From an uncultured Gammaproteobacteria bacterium (GTDB lineage: Bacteria > Pseudomonadota > Gammaproteobacteria > CAMYKB01): DNA of 64,000 nucleotides. Positions 49,802 through 60,758 of this stretch are shown here, piece by piece. The notes under the pieces were generated by a model. It was not told the origin of the DNA and did not search any database. It was given only the letters and a program-made list of their open reading frames with translations. The translations under genes were made by a program, and so were the position numbers. Every line of letters starts with the position of its first letter. The stretch's first letter is position 1. The stretch lies in assembly GCA_947258875.1 (NCBI GenBank), contig CAMYKB010000011.1, positions 9,053 through 73,052 on the forward strand. Direction: 5' to 3'.

Positions 49802-50052
49802 GGTCCCTGCAGTTCATCTGTGTTCATAAACCTTTATTCGAACAATAAAAACAGGGGGACATAACCATGATAAGCAAAACCAAGACCGCGGAATGTGATT
49901 CGCTGCAGCCCGGAAAATTTCGTTACGCACTCATAACGAATATTGGTCTTGTGGTTGTTCGCTGCCCCAACCAGGGACAGGTCACGGTGTTGTATGGACA
50001 TTGCGCACATCGTGGCGCCTCATCAACCCCTCAAAAGGGTTAAAATAGCCGC

Positions 50053-50706
50053 ATGAAAGTTATCTCGATTAATGTTTCCCCACCCATCGAAGTGGAATAC
50101 AAGGGTAAAATTATTACCACGGGCATCTACAAGAAGCCCGTTGAAGGCCCGGTTTATACCGCACTATACAACCTGGAAGGCGATGGGCAGGCCGATCTGA
50201 AAAATCATGGTGGTGCCGACAAATCAGTTTATGCTTACTCTTTCGATCATTACGCATATTGGCAGGAAGTACTGGGGAAGGAGGACATGCCTTATGGGCA
50301 GTTTGGAGAAAACTTAACAGTTTCCGGCCTTGACGAATTAACCTCCTGCATAGGAGATAAACTCAAAATCGGGAATGCCTTATTTACAATCACCCAACCG
50401 AGGGTGCCCTGCTTTAAGCTGGGTATTCGGCTTAACAATAAAGACATGCCGAAATTATTTTCCAAGGCTGCGCGGACGGGATTTTATCTGAAAGTACTTG
50501 GCGAAGGGATTATACATCCGGGGGATACGATAGAAACAGTAAGCCGTGGAGAACACCAGGTGTCCGTCAGGAGCATATTCCAAGCCTATTTTCGTCCCGC
50601 AGACAAGCAAGGCATAGATGTATTAAACCGAGGGTTACTGGTCCCTGAATTATCATCTGACTGGCGTCAGTATATACAACAACGATTGAACAAAAATGAG
50701 CCCTAA
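50053..50706 (+). CDS. MOSC domain-containing protein (YiiM-like)
   Basis: YiiM-type sequence (GADKSVYAYS...QPRVPCFKLG) with the conserved Cys. Confidence 0.8.
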   Translation: MKVISINVSPPIEVEYKGKIITTGIYKKPVEGPVYTALYNLEGDGQADLKNHGGADKSVYAYSFDHYAYWQEVLGKEDMPYGQFGENLTVSGLDELTSCIGDKLKIGNALFTITQPRVPCFKLGIRLNNKDMPKLFSKAARTGFYLKVLGEGIIHPGDTIETVSRGEHQVSVRSIFQAYFRPADKQGIDVLNRGLLVPELSSDWRQYIQQRLNKNEP

Positions 50707-51058
50707 CACTGACGATACCAATCTGACCTGGCACAAAGCACTTAATAAAGGTGAACTTGATAACAACGAGGTCATGCAGGTCGAATGTGGTGCCATGGTA
50801 TTATGCATAACACATGTAGACGGCCAGTACGCCGCACTGGATAACCGCTGCATGCACCAGGGCGGGCCGCTGGGGCAAGGCAGCATAGAAAACGGCCTGC
50901 TCTTCTGCCCCCGGCATCGCTGGGCATTCAATCCGCTGACTGGCATGCTCGCAGGAGCAGATATCGGTATCGATAACCATCCTGTTGAGGTCCGTGACGA
51001 CGGTATTTATGTGGCTTTACCCAACACCATGGCCCCAAATGATTGCCAGCCCACATAG
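50696..51058 (+). CDS. Rieske [2Fe-2S] ferredoxin (NirD-like)
   Basis: CMH...CPRH Rieske ligands (CXH...CXXH). Overlaps the MOSC gene by 11 nt. Confidence 0.8.
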   Translation: MSPNTDDTNLTWHKALNKGELDNNEVMQVECGAMVLCITHVDGQYAALDNRCMHQGGPLGQGSIENGLLFCPRHRWAFNPLTGMLAGADIGIDNHPVEVRDDGIYVALPNTMAPNDCQPT

Positions 51059-51122
51059 CACCGCTTCAATTCCAACTATAATAATCAAGTGACCGTTATT
51101 CCCAAGCATACAGGAGACCAAC

Positions 51123-51923
51123 ATGCGCGTACTGATCATGTTACCGCTGATTTTTATTTTTACGTCTGCCTGCGCAACCGGAATGCAGGCATCCGACATC
51201 CATACCGAAGAGGTTATTTATTCGGCGGAGACTACCAACATGAAAGGCTATCTGGCCTACGATAAAAACAGGCAAGGAAAACGCCCCGGGGTGCTGGTGG
51301 TGCATGAATGGTGGGGACATAACGCCTATGCACGTAAACGCGCAGAGATGTTAGCCGAAATGGGTTACACCGCGCTAGCCGTCGATATGTATGGTGATGG
51401 CAAGACCGCTGATCATCCCAAGGACGCCGGCAAGTTCTCTTCCGCGGTGAGCAAGAACAAATCCGTTAGGAAAGCACGTTTTCTGGCGGCTAAAGCACTG
51501 CTTGAGAACCACTCTACTGTGAAAGCAGATGACATCGCGGCCATCGGCTATTGCTTCGGTGGTGGCACGGTATTGGCGATGGCGCGTGAAGGCGTCAAAC
51601 TCGATGGTGTAGCGAGTTTTCATGGCAGCCTGGGTACGAATGAACCCGCGCAATCGGGCGCGGTAAAAACCAGGATACTGGTGCTGCATGGCGCAGATGA
51701 TCCCTTCGTGCCGACGGAGCAAGTTGCGGCCTTCAAGCAGGAAATGGAAAACGCGGGTGTCGACTATAAATTCATCGCTTACCCCGGCGCCAAACACAGC
51801 TTCACTAATCCGGGGGCAGATGCGGTTGGCGCGAAATTTAACCTGCCGCTGCAATATAACGCTGAGGCTGATACTAAATCATGGGCCGAATTGCAGACGT
51901 TTCTGAAGCAGATATTCAAGTAG
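51123..51923 (+). CDS. secreted dienelactone hydrolase family protein
   Basis: Signal peptide. DLH-family motifs HEWWG...GYCFGG (nucleophile) ... HGADD. Confidence 0.8.
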   Translation: MRVLIMLPLIFIFTSACATGMQASDIHTEEVIYSAETTNMKGYLAYDKNRQGKRPGVLVVHEWWGHNAYARKRAEMLAEMGYTALAVDMYGDGKTADHPKDAGKFSSAVSKNKSVRKARFLAAKALLENHSTVKADDIAAIGYCFGGGTVLAMAREGVKLDGVASFHGSLGTNEPAQSGAVKTRILVLHGADDPFVPTEQVAAFKQEMENAGVDYKFIAYPGAKHSFTNPGADAVGAKFNLPLQYNAEADTKSWAELQTFLKQIFK

Positions 51924-51983
51924 CCGACAAGTAATCAAATAGAATCCCCTGCGTGCGCCTGCAGGTGGCGTCGCCACCATACT

Positions 51984-52652
51984 TTATTTACTGTGCGCCC
52001 GGAATATCCTGTACTTGGCCATCTGATACAGGTGTTCCTCAAGGGCGGCCTCATCCCGCAGACGCCGGTGTTCACGTAATTCGCCCGCGAGTTCCTGCCC
52101 CTTATCTAACCGATCACGCTGTTCGATGCGCTCGGTTATTTGTCTAACAAAAGCTTTGAATTCGGTACGGTTGGGCTTCATACAATCGAATTCGAGCAGC
52201 GGTGTGCGACTGTGCTTGCCGATAAAAAACAGGCTGAACTTGAACCGCAGTATCAGCGCTGTTAGTGAAAACAACAATAATACGAAGCTTGCAATGATAA
52301 TCGGCATGGATACCACCACACCGTTCAAATCCTGGGGATTCAGCCGCAAATTGACGAGCAACGCAGCAATCGCGGAAAATACGATAGTAAGCCCCAGCAA
52401 GAACCAATCAATATGAAAATGCCGTCTGGGTTTTGGATCAAGAAAGGACAGGTCCAACCAATACTCCCGGGACCTGCCAAAACGGGGATTGAAGACACTG
52501 TTGATATATTTGCCGTTAAAGATACGGAAACTACGTGTATGCCCTTTGAGCTTGCTGCTTTGCTGCAACTCACCTTCCACACTAGTCTGAACTACCTTTT
52601 CTTGTTGATCCGAAAACAAGTAGATACTTTCGATTACGGCCTGCCCTTCCAT
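51984..52652 (-). CDS. hypothetical membrane protein (222 aa, 2 TM)
   Basis: Two central hydrophobic helices flanked by charged regions. No recognisable domain. Confidence 0.4.
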   Translation of the reverse strand: MEGQAVIESIYLFSDQQEKVVQTSVEGELQQSSKLKGHTRSFRIFNGKYINSVFNPRFGRSREYWLDLSFLDPKPRRHFHIDWFLLGLTIVFSAIAALLVNLRLNPQDLNGVVVSMPIIIASFVLLLFSLTALILRFKFSLFFIGKHSRTPLLEFDCMKPNRTEFKAFVRQITERIEQRDRLDKGQELAGELREHRRLRDEAALEEHLYQMAKYRIFRAHSK

Positions 52653-52977
52653 TTACACCCCGAGTACAAAGCTGTTAGGTCATGGGAAACTTCTGATCAG
52701 GTCATAAGCAGTTAATCAGCAAGCAACACTCTGTGTATTGCATTGCAATCTGTACAAATAACCTGCTATCGGAACATTGGGTACCCGCTTCACACAGATG
52801 TATGAACTGAGCGGCTATACAATGCTAATTGAGCATTGATCTGAATTTCGTGAACAATCGTTCATCCTACTCGAGATCAATCAGTAGCTTCCCGGCTTTG
52901 TTAATTAATACTGTTAGCCACTATATGCAGTGGTGCTGTAGGGGGCAATACGGATAATCTGGCGAATATACCGTTGG

Positions 52978-54066
52978 TCAGGAAGGTGCAAATCTCAGAC
53001 AATAAACAGGGGGAAGGTGGGCGGCTGGACACGACCAGTGATCACCCATATCTTCCGATAACCATAACGATCCCGTCGTGGAACCAAAGGCCAGTGTTTC
53101 GCCATGAGCACCGATGTCCATCGCATGCCTTAACACCAGATCATAGGCATGCTGTTGTGGCAACCCGGTACGCAACACTTCGAAACTTGCGCCTCCATCG
53201 CGCGTGCGCGTGACGACCAATTCACCGTTAACCGGTACTCTGCACTCATCTTTTTGTGCTGGCACGAACCAGGCCGTATCTGGATCCAGGGGATGGACAA
53301 CCACGGCAAAACCGAAAGCAGAAGGCTGCACAGCTTCAATTTCCTGCCAGTTATTTCCGCCGTCGCTACTTTTAAATATACCATTGTGGTGTTGCGCCCA
53401 GAGCGTGTCTGGACGTGCCGGACACTGTACTAGACGATGTGGATCCTGAATATTTGGCTCGTATGCCTTGGCGGGCGGCATGTATTCAGCACGCATCCCA
53501 TTTGCTGTTTGCGTCCAATTTTCACCTGCATCCGTGGTCTGCCATACGCCACCACAAGACACGCCCAGTGTCAGCCTCCGGTCATCTGCAGGATGGACGC
53601 ATATCGAATGGATACCGGGTTGATCAAAACCGCCACCAACCCATTCCAGACGCTCATGCCGGTCCCACAGAGAGCGTACCAAGACCCAGGATTGCCCCCG
53701 GTCAGTAGAGCGGAACAGGCCACCAGGCAGCGTGCCAGCCCATAAGCTGCCCACCTGATCAGCAGATCCGGCCTCCAATATCCAGACATCCACCAAGCTC
53801 CACGGCGGCCCTTCTGTTTCTTTCGGTTGCGGCGGGTAGATCGGTGTCGTGATCTCTTCCCAGCTGCTGCCGCCATCGTCTGAGCGTTGCAACTTCACCC
53901 CGAAGTGCCCGTGATTCAATGCAACATAGAGGGTATTATCGCGTGCATCGTGCAGCACCGTACTCACAGGTACACCGATAAATGCCGTATTGACAAGCTC
54001 CCAGGCCGCCGCCAGCTTTTCAAAGATAAATAACCCCTTACGCGTACCCACATATAAACGCTTCAT
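52978..54066 (-). CDS. BNR/Asp-box repeat protein (sialidase/Ycf48-like beta-propeller)
   Basis: Six SxDxGxxW-type Asp-boxes (SDDGGSSW, STDRGQSW, TTDAGENW, SSDGGNNW, TRDGGASF, SEDMGDHW). Confidence 0.7.
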   Translation of the reverse strand: MKRLYVGTRKGLFIFEKLAAAWELVNTAFIGVPVSTVLHDARDNTLYVALNHGHFGVKLQRSDDGGSSWEEITTPIYPPQPKETEGPPWSLVDVWILEAGSADQVGSLWAGTLPGGLFRSTDRGQSWVLVRSLWDRHERLEWVGGGFDQPGIHSICVHPADDRRLTLGVSCGGVWQTTDAGENWTQTANGMRAEYMPPAKAYEPNIQDPHRLVQCPARPDTLWAQHHNGIFKSSDGGNNWQEIEAVQPSAFGFAVVVHPLDPDTAWFVPAQKDECRVPVNGELVVTRTRDGGASFEVLRTGLPQQHAYDLVLRHAMDIGAHGETLAFGSTTGSLWLSEDMGDHWSCPAAHLPPVYCLRFAPS

Positions 54067-54086
54067 TATTTTCTCCTCTCAACCTA

Positions 54087-54356
54087 TCAACCACCCGACA
54101 ATGCCTGCATGACAAACACCTCGCTATGATTACTGACGTGATCACTCAGATCACGCCGATCCCTGATTTTGCTGTCATCGACAAAAATCACCACATGGCC
54201 ACGCAACGCACCCTGGTCGTCTAGCACATAACCCCGTAACGAGGGCTCGGCACGGAACACGTTCTCCAACACCTCACGCACCGTGCTACCCACGGCACTC
54301 TGGTCTGGACAGTCAATATGGCGTTTGAGGTTCTGAGTGAAGACGACTTTCGGCAT
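54087..54356 (-). CDS. MoaD/ThiS-family ubiquitin-like sulfur-carrier protein with C-terminal Gly-Gly
   Basis: About 90 aa ending ...VMQALSGG. Internal Met (MPKVVF...) taken as the start. Confidence 0.6.
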   Translation of the reverse strand: MPKVVFTQNLKRHIDCPDQSAVGSTVREVLENVFRAEPSLRGYVLDDQGALRGHVVIFVDDSKIRDRRDLSDHVSNHSEVFVMQALSGG

Positions 54357-54567
54357 GTGACAACTATTCCTATGCATCACTGGCTGGGTGCACTAATCGG
54401 CTAGCGGCAGCCCTCGCGGATACACGCAAACATTCTGCTAACAGCGAAAAACCACAAATGCTCGCTAATATCATCAGTGTAAACTTTTGTTGCATATCAC
54501 CCCACTATCAAAAATTTCATTTAGGATGGCGCACATTAAAAAAATCCAACCCAGATCAGGAGCAAAC

Positions 54568-55269
54568 ATGAAAAGAGCTATCGCAATCGCATTACTCGGC
54601 CTCAGCACTACGGCCATTGCTGACATCAACGGCTGGTCAGGTGAGGGTGAGCTCGGTTTCAGCATGACCGACGGTAATACCGAAACCGAAACGCTCAATG
54701 CCAAACTTGGCCTCGGCAAGGAAATCGGCAAGTGGAAGCATGCCCTGGGCCTGGCCGCTGTCAACTCATCCACCGATGGCATCACCTCGGCGGAACGCTA
54801 TCTTTTCACTACCAAGCATGATTATAGCTTCACTGAGCGCACATATGGTGTTGGCACCTTACGCTATGAAGACGACCGCTTCAGCGCCTATGACTATCAG
54901 GCCGCGGTTACTGCGGGTATCGGGCAGCATGTGATCAAGAGTGACACTACAATTCTGGACCTGGAAGCCGGCATCGGTTACCGCAAGAGTGAACTCAACC
55001 TTACTGGCGAATCGCTCAACGAAGTCATCCTGCGCCTGTTCGGGCATTACACCCAGAAACTCACCAGTAATACAGAGTTCCTGCAGGATATCCTCATCGA
55101 ACCCGGCGAAGACAATACCTATATCATGTCCGTCACCGGCCTTAAGGTCAGCATGAGTGAAAAACTGGCACTGAAAGTGGGGTATACCATCTTCCATAAT
55201 ACAGATGTCCCGGCTGGCATTGATGATACCGACACCCTCACCAGCGTGAATCTGGTCTACGGATTCTAG
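54568..55269 (+). CDS. DUF481 (YdiY-like) outer-membrane beta-barrel protein
   Basis: Signal peptide, alternating amphipathic beta-strands and a C-terminal aromatic residue (YGF). Confidence 0.7.
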   Translation: MKRAIAIALLGLSTTAIADINGWSGEGELGFSMTDGNTETETLNAKLGLGKEIGKWKHALGLAAVNSSTDGITSAERYLFTTKHDYSFTERTYGVGTLRYEDDRFSAYDYQAAVTAGIGQHVIKSDTTILDLEAGIGYRKSELNLTGESLNEVILRLFGHYTQKLTSNTEFLQDILIEPGEDNTYIMSVTGLKVSMSEKLALKVGYTIFHNTDVPAGIDDTDTLTSVNLVYGF

Positions 55270-55295
55270 ATCTGATTCAGTAGTTACTGCTAACG

Positions 55296-55327
55296 AACCG
55301 GCCGCCCACAGCGGCCGGTTTTTTTAT
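55296..55327 (+). terminator. rho-independent terminator
   Basis: ACCGGCCGC-ccaca-GCGGCCGGT followed by ttttttt. Confidence 0.8.
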
Positions 55328-55425
55328 GTCCGGCGATTGCCCCAGGATCGCCATAATTTGATCATCGTCCTGCCATCTTCGGCTGCTCTAATACTGCACT
55401 TATACAAAGCAAGGGGAGCTGCAGG

Positions 55426-56775
55426 GTGACGAGCCGTACGGATGGTGTCAAAGCATGGATTGAACAATCCAATCTACTCAAGGTAGCACTGGTGTTTTTC
55501 CTGGTCATCATCCTGCAGATCCCGATCTCCATGATCGAAGGGCTCAATCGTGAACGGGATGCCAACCGGCAGCAAGCCACCGAAGATGTCATGCAGAAGT
55601 GGGGGAAGCAGCAGATTATTGCGGGTCCTAAAATCATTGTCCCTTACCGCTACCAGCTTACAGAAACCCTCAAGGGTGGCGCCACTACGACGCGAGGCAT
55701 GAAATCATATGCTATCTTCCTACCGCAGACTCTGGCGATTAACAGCAAGGTGCTGCATGAATACCGTTACCGCGGTATTTATAAAGTTCCCCTCTACCAA
55801 GCAAACATCGCTATAGATGGAACATTCGCAAAACCTGACTTCAATAAATGGGGTATCGCTGCCGAGGACATTCTCTGGAACGAAGCCAGACTAATGCTTA
55901 ACGTCTCCGATGTACGCGCCATTCAGAAGCAATTTAAATTGCGTTGGGACAAGCAGGATATTGCTTTTGAACCTGGCAGCAATCATCCGGACATTAATGC
56001 ACCCGGTTTTCATGCACCACTCAAAGGATATCTGGACAAGGATGTCTATCACTTTGCCATTCAACTAAAGCTGAATGGCAGCGAGGGCCTTTATTTTTCG
56101 CCTGTCGGCAAGACAACAGACATCAAGCTTGAGTCGGATTGGTCAAACCCGAGCTTCCAGGGGAATTGGTTACCCACACAACGTGACATCAGCGAAGGTC
56201 AGTTCAGTGCTGCGTGGGTAATCCCCTATCTAGGGCGTGACTTCCCACAGAGCTGGAAACGGGATAGTTCGCTAGACCATAAAGTACAAGGCACGACAGT
56301 AGGCGTGAATTTCATTTCACCCGTCAACAACTACACGATGATCGAGCGTAGCGTCAAATACCAGGCCCTGTTCCTGCTGTTGACATTCCTGGTGATCTGG
56401 CTGTTTGAGGTACTTGCCAAGTTGCGCATCCATCCCCTGCAATACCTGATGATCGGAGCCTCGATGTGCCTGTTCTATCTGCTGCTGTTATCGCTTTCCG
56501 AGCACCTTGGCATGATGCAGGCTTATATCATCGCCAGCATATCAGTGATCGTGGCGGTGACATCCTATTCATTGGCTGTATTAAAAACCGGCAAGCGTGC
56601 CGCTATCATCGGCAGCATTCTGGCATTGCTGTACGGCTACTTGTTTGTGCTGTTAAAGGAACAGGACTATGCGTTGATGTTCGGCTCATTGGGATTGTTC
56701 CTGGCTTTGACCGCTGTCATGTACCTGACACGTCATATCGACTGGTACGGCATCAACTCAAAACAATCCGACTGA
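55426..56775 (+). CDS. creD: cell envelope integrity inner-membrane protein CreD
   Basis: CreD family architecture: N-terminal TM, a large periplasmic domain and 5 C-terminal TMs. 449 aa. Confidence 0.8.
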   Translation: MTSRTDGVKAWIEQSNLLKVALVFFLVIILQIPISMIEGLNRERDANRQQATEDVMQKWGKQQIIAGPKIIVPYRYQLTETLKGGATTTRGMKSYAIFLPQTLAINSKVLHEYRYRGIYKVPLYQANIAIDGTFAKPDFNKWGIAAEDILWNEARLMLNVSDVRAIQKQFKLRWDKQDIAFEPGSNHPDINAPGFHAPLKGYLDKDVYHFAIQLKLNGSEGLYFSPVGKTTDIKLESDWSNPSFQGNWLPTQRDISEGQFSAAWVIPYLGRDFPQSWKRDSSLDHKVQGTTVGVNFISPVNNYTMIERSVKYQALFLLLTFLVIWLFEVLAKLRIHPLQYLMIGASMCLFYLLLLSLSEHLGMMQAYIIASISVIVAVTSYSLAVLKTGKRAAIIGSILALLYGYLFVLLKEQDYALMFGSLGLFLALTAVMYLTRHIDWYGINSKQSD

Positions 56776-56776
56776 C

Positions 56777-57295
56777 ATGGAGGCAACAACAATGACACCG
56801 GCAATCCTATTTACTATCGGACACGGCAACCGCAGCAGCGTGGAATTTCTGGAAAGTCTGGAGCAGGCCAATGTACATACCGTGATCGATATTCGTGCCT
56901 TCCCTTATCCTGTGAAACAACCCTGGTTTACCCGGGAAAAACTGCAGCAGCAACTGCAAAACGCAGGCCTCGGTTACCTGTGGGCCGGCAAACAACTTGG
57001 CGGAATGCGTGATTACGCGGAATACATACAGACCCCTACATTCAGGACCACTGCCAGTTTGCTGAGGGCCATATTCGTACGCCGCACTACCGCCATCATG
57101 GGTTCCGCACTGATGCCCGAACAATGTCACCGACAGTTTATTGCTGATTACATGGTGCAACACGACACGCAGGTCATCCACCTGCTAGATAACAACGAGA
57201 TGCGCGAGCATGTGCTGAGCGAACCGCCACAGCAACAGGCCACACATTGGCGGCGCAGCGATTCCACTCACTGGCAAGTGAGCATACAATTATGA
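56777..57295 (+). CDS. DUF488 family protein
   Basis: ILFTIGHGNRS opening typical of DUF488. Confidence 0.7.
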   Translation: MEATTMTPAILFTIGHGNRSSVEFLESLEQANVHTVIDIRAFPYPVKQPWFTREKLQQQLQNAGLGYLWAGKQLGGMRDYAEYIQTPTFRTTASLLRAIFVRRTTAIMGSALMPEQCHRQFIADYMVQHDTQVIHLLDNNEMREHVLSEPPQQQATHWRRSDSTHWQVSIQL

Positions 57296-57318
57296 TATTG
57301 GTGTGGAATGAGAAATTG

Positions 57319-57873
57319 ATGCCAACAGCAACCCCCATACATGAAGTGATCGACTTCTGGTTCTCTGCAACCACGCAACCCCTGTGGTTCAATTCGACGC
57401 CTGCATTTGATCGCGAGATTGCCGAGCGCTTTGCAAGCACTCTGGACGCCGCCGCCAACGACATGTTGGAAAGTTGGGAGCTGACCCCTCAAGGTGCGTT
57501 AGCCCTGGTGATAGTGTTGGACCAGTTCCCCCTCAACATGTTCCGCGGTCAGGCACGCAGCTTTGCGACCGAACAGCTGGCCCTCAAGGTTGCGGAGCGC
57601 GCCATACAAAGAGACTTTGACCACAAGCTTTCGCCACAAGAAAGAGCGTTTCTGTATATGCCGTACATGCACAGCGAGGACATCCAGGATCAGGACAAGG
57701 CAGTGACGCTGTATAGCCAAGCCGGCCTGCAGGACAACCTACGCTTCGCCGAGCATCACCGCGGCATTATTCAGCGTTTCGGCCGTTTCCCGCACCGCAA
57801 CGCCATACTGCGGCGTGAAAGCACCCGGCAAGAACGTGAATACCTCGCCTCTGTGGAGGCCTTTCATGGCTAG
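57319..57873 (+). CDS. DUF924 family protein
   Basis: EVIDFWF... N-terminus and an overall DUF924-like sequence. Start chosen at the internal Met. Confidence 0.6.
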   Translation: MPTATPIHEVIDFWFSATTQPLWFNSTPAFDREIAERFASTLDAAANDMLESWELTPQGALALVIVLDQFPLNMFRGQARSFATEQLALKVAERAIQRDFDHKLSPQERAFLYMPYMHSEDIQDQDKAVTLYSQAGLQDNLRFAEHHRGIIQRFGRFPHRNAILRRESTRQEREYLASVEAFHG

Positions 57874-58019
57874 GGCCTGCCCCTGAATGCGCCTCGCACG
57901 TCAGTGCGGTGTTGTGGTGAGCATATTGTGCTAGGTTGCGTTCCACCTATGATCTGGATATTTCATGGACCTGCGGCATAATGGGACCCACCCAATCCTA
58001 GATCACAGGCAGGCCCGTC

Positions 58020-58673
58020 ATGCTCAATGCCAGCAAGAAACTCGAAATGCCCACGCCGGAACAGGCACCACCAGGGCGTGCCGAACGCATGCCTATCACT
58101 AATCAGCATTTCGTCAAAGGCACACCGATCCAGCCGCCTTTTCCTGAAAACCTACAGACCGCCATGTTCGGTATGGGTTGTTTCTGGGGCGCGGAACGCA
58201 AGTACTGGGAATTGGAAGGCGTTTACTCCACCGCAGTCGGTTATGCCGGAGGTTACACGCCCAATCCAAGTTATGAAGAAATCTGTTCCGGGCTCACCGG
58301 CCACAACGAGGTGGTATTCGTGGTATTCGATCCCGAGATCATCAGCTATGAACACATCCTGAAGACCTTCTGGGAATCACATAACCCCACCCAGTACATG
58401 CGTCAGGGCAACGACATCGGCACCCAGTACCGCAGCACGGTTTACTACTATAATGATGCGCAAAAAATCGCCGCTCAGCGCAGCAAAGAGATTTACCGGA
58501 AAGAATTATTCGATCTCGGCCATGGCGAAATCTGCAGCGAAATACTACCGGTGCCGGAGTTATATTATGCTGAGGATTATCACCAACAGTACCTCGCCAA
58601 AAATCCCAATGGTTATTGCGGTCTAGGCGGCACCGGTGTGACCTGCCCCATCGGCATATCATCCACTGGGTAG
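58020..58673 (+). CDS. msrA: peptide-methionine (S)-S-oxide reductase MsrA
   Basis: Active-site GCFWG and the resolving-Cys region. About 210 aa. Confidence 0.9.
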   Translation: MLNASKKLEMPTPEQAPPGRAERMPITNQHFVKGTPIQPPFPENLQTAMFGMGCFWGAERKYWELEGVYSTAVGYAGGYTPNPSYEEICSGLTGHNEVVFVVFDPEIISYEHILKTFWESHNPTQYMRQGNDIGTQYRSTVYYYNDAQKIAAQRSKEIYRKELFDLGHGEICSEILPVPELYYAEDYHQQYLAKNPNGYCGLGGTGVTCPIGISSTG

Positions 58674-58723
58674 CGAATTACCAATCAACAACACACACTG
58701 CATTACGCAGCGAGGCAAGCACT

Positions 58724-59596
58724 ATGTTTGAGGCAGTATCCAGCCCCTATCTCGTACCGTTTGACCAGTCATTCAAATACAAATCGGCATTGACCACGTC
58801 TCCCGATGACGTAGCTGATAAAAAGAAGCTCAGAAAAAAACTCGACAAACGCATTGATGAACTGGCCGAGCTACAACACGTGTTATATGCACATGACCGC
58901 CATGCCGTGTTACTGGTCTTTCAGGCCATGGATGCCGCCGGCAAGGACAGCACAATTCGCAGGGTGATGAGTGGCGTGAACCCGGCCGGTTGCCAGGTCT
59001 TTTCTTTCAAACAACCCAGCAGTGAGGAACTGGATCATGATTTCCTGTGGCGCTCCGCCAGGCGTTTACCGGAACGTGGGCGCATCGGCATTTTCAATCG
59101 CAGTTACTACGAAGAAGTGCTGGTAGTACGAGTGCATCCGGAATACCTCGATTACCAACGGCTGCCCGACCATATCGACCGCGACAGCATCTGGCAGGAT
59201 CGTTATGAATCCATCTGCGATCACGAGAAACATCTGGCGCGTAATGGCACCGTAATCCTCAAGTTCTGGCTCAATGTATCACGCGAAGAACAACGCCAAC
59301 GGTTTCTTTCGCGCCTCAATGAACCTGAAAAAAACTGGAAATTCTCATCCAGCGATATCAAGGAACGCGGTCACTGGGACGACTACATGCAAGCCTATGA
59401 AGACGCGCTTGCCAATACGTCCAAACCCTGGGCGCCCTGGTATGCAATCCCCGCCGACAACAAGGACTACATGCGCCTCTGTGTCGCCGAAACCATCATC
59501 GAGAGTTTACGAGCGCTGGGGCTTTCTTACCCTCATCCCGAAGACAAGGAACGCTCGCACTTCGACGAGATGCGGGATCAGCTCAACAGCGAGTAA
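58724..59596 (+). CDS. polyphosphate kinase 2 (PPK2) family phosphotransferase
   Basis: Walker [11 protein letters not shown], the PPK2 lid region and [16 protein letters not shown]. About 290 aa from the internal Met. Confidence 0.85.
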   Translation: MFEAVSSPYLVPFDQSFKYKSALTTSPDDVADKKKLRKKLDKRIDELAELQHVLYAHDRHAVLLVFQAMDAAGKDSTIRRVMSGVNPAGCQVFSFKQPSSEELDHDFLWRSARRLPERGRIGIFNRSYYEEVLVVRVHPEYLDYQRLPDHIDRDSIWQDRYESICDHEKHLARNGTVILKFWLNVSREEQRQRFLSRLNEPEKNWKFSSSDIKERGHWDDYMQAYEDALANTSKPWAPWYAIPADNKDYMRLCVAETIIESLRALGLSYPHPEDKERSHFDEMRDQLNSE

Positions 59597-59638
59597 ATTT
59601 CATCTCGTTAATTAAACTGTTAGGCATCTCGATACCGT

Positions 59639-60172
59639 ATGGATAAAGAACTGAATTTAATTTGGGAGTCCATTGAGTCATGGCCTGTTACTCCTACACA
59701 AAAGGGACTCTCAATTCTCAATTCTGGCGCATCACCGTCAGACATCGAAGCCTTCGTAAAAGAAATTGGATTCGAGCTTCCTAAAGATGTTGAAGACAGT
59801 TTTCTTCGGCATGATGGTATGCCAAAAGAAAATGGATATTACTGTTTTTGGGATGGCAATTTTCTATCTATTAAGCAAAGTTTAGATGAAAGAAGCGAAA
59901 AGATACGTAACTCACAAGAAATATTTGGTGAACCAGGCTCATCTGACTATTATCCACCAGAGCTTGTGACTGGGCCAGTTAAAGCAATTAAATGGTCGCA
60001 TTCATGGATACCTGTATTGAAAAAGAATAAAGAACCTGTATGTATTGATTTTGATCCTGATAAAGGTGGTTTAATAGGGCAAGTTATTGAAGTAGATTGG
60101 GAAGGTTCTGAAGTTAAGGTAATTGCCAGCTCTTATCGGGAATTTCTAAAAATGGTTGTTGAGAATTTATAA
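59639..60172 (+). CDS. SMI1/KNR4 (SUKH-1) family protein – immunity-protein fold of polymorphic toxin systems
   Basis: C-terminal WIPVLKKNKEPVCIDFDPDKGGLIGQVIEVDWEGSEVKVIASSYREFLKMV matches the SUKH-1 core (WIPIA.D..GN..CLD......GQV). AT-rich. Confidence 0.7.
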   Translation: MDKELNLIWESIESWPVTPTQKGLSILNSGASPSDIEAFVKEIGFELPKDVEDSFLRHDGMPKENGYYCFWDGNFLSIKQSLDERSEKIRNSQEIFGEPGSSDYYPPELVTGPVKAIKWSHSWIPVLKKNKEPVCIDFDPDKGGLIGQVIEVDWEGSEVKVIASSYREFLKMVVENL

Positions 60173-60251
60173 TAACAATATGCAAACGGAGACAATGCTA
60201 ACAAGTAAAATCATGTTAATGCCTAACAAGCGACTACGATCCCAAGTCAAC

Positions 60252-60650
<399 letters not shown>

Positions 60651-60758
60651 TTACCTCGCTCCCATGCAGAAGCGTGGGAGCGAGAACCCTTTATGCCCCT
60701 TGGAGGGTAAAAGGGGCCTCGCGTGACATTAGTGCGAATAACCCCACTATCTAGATAC

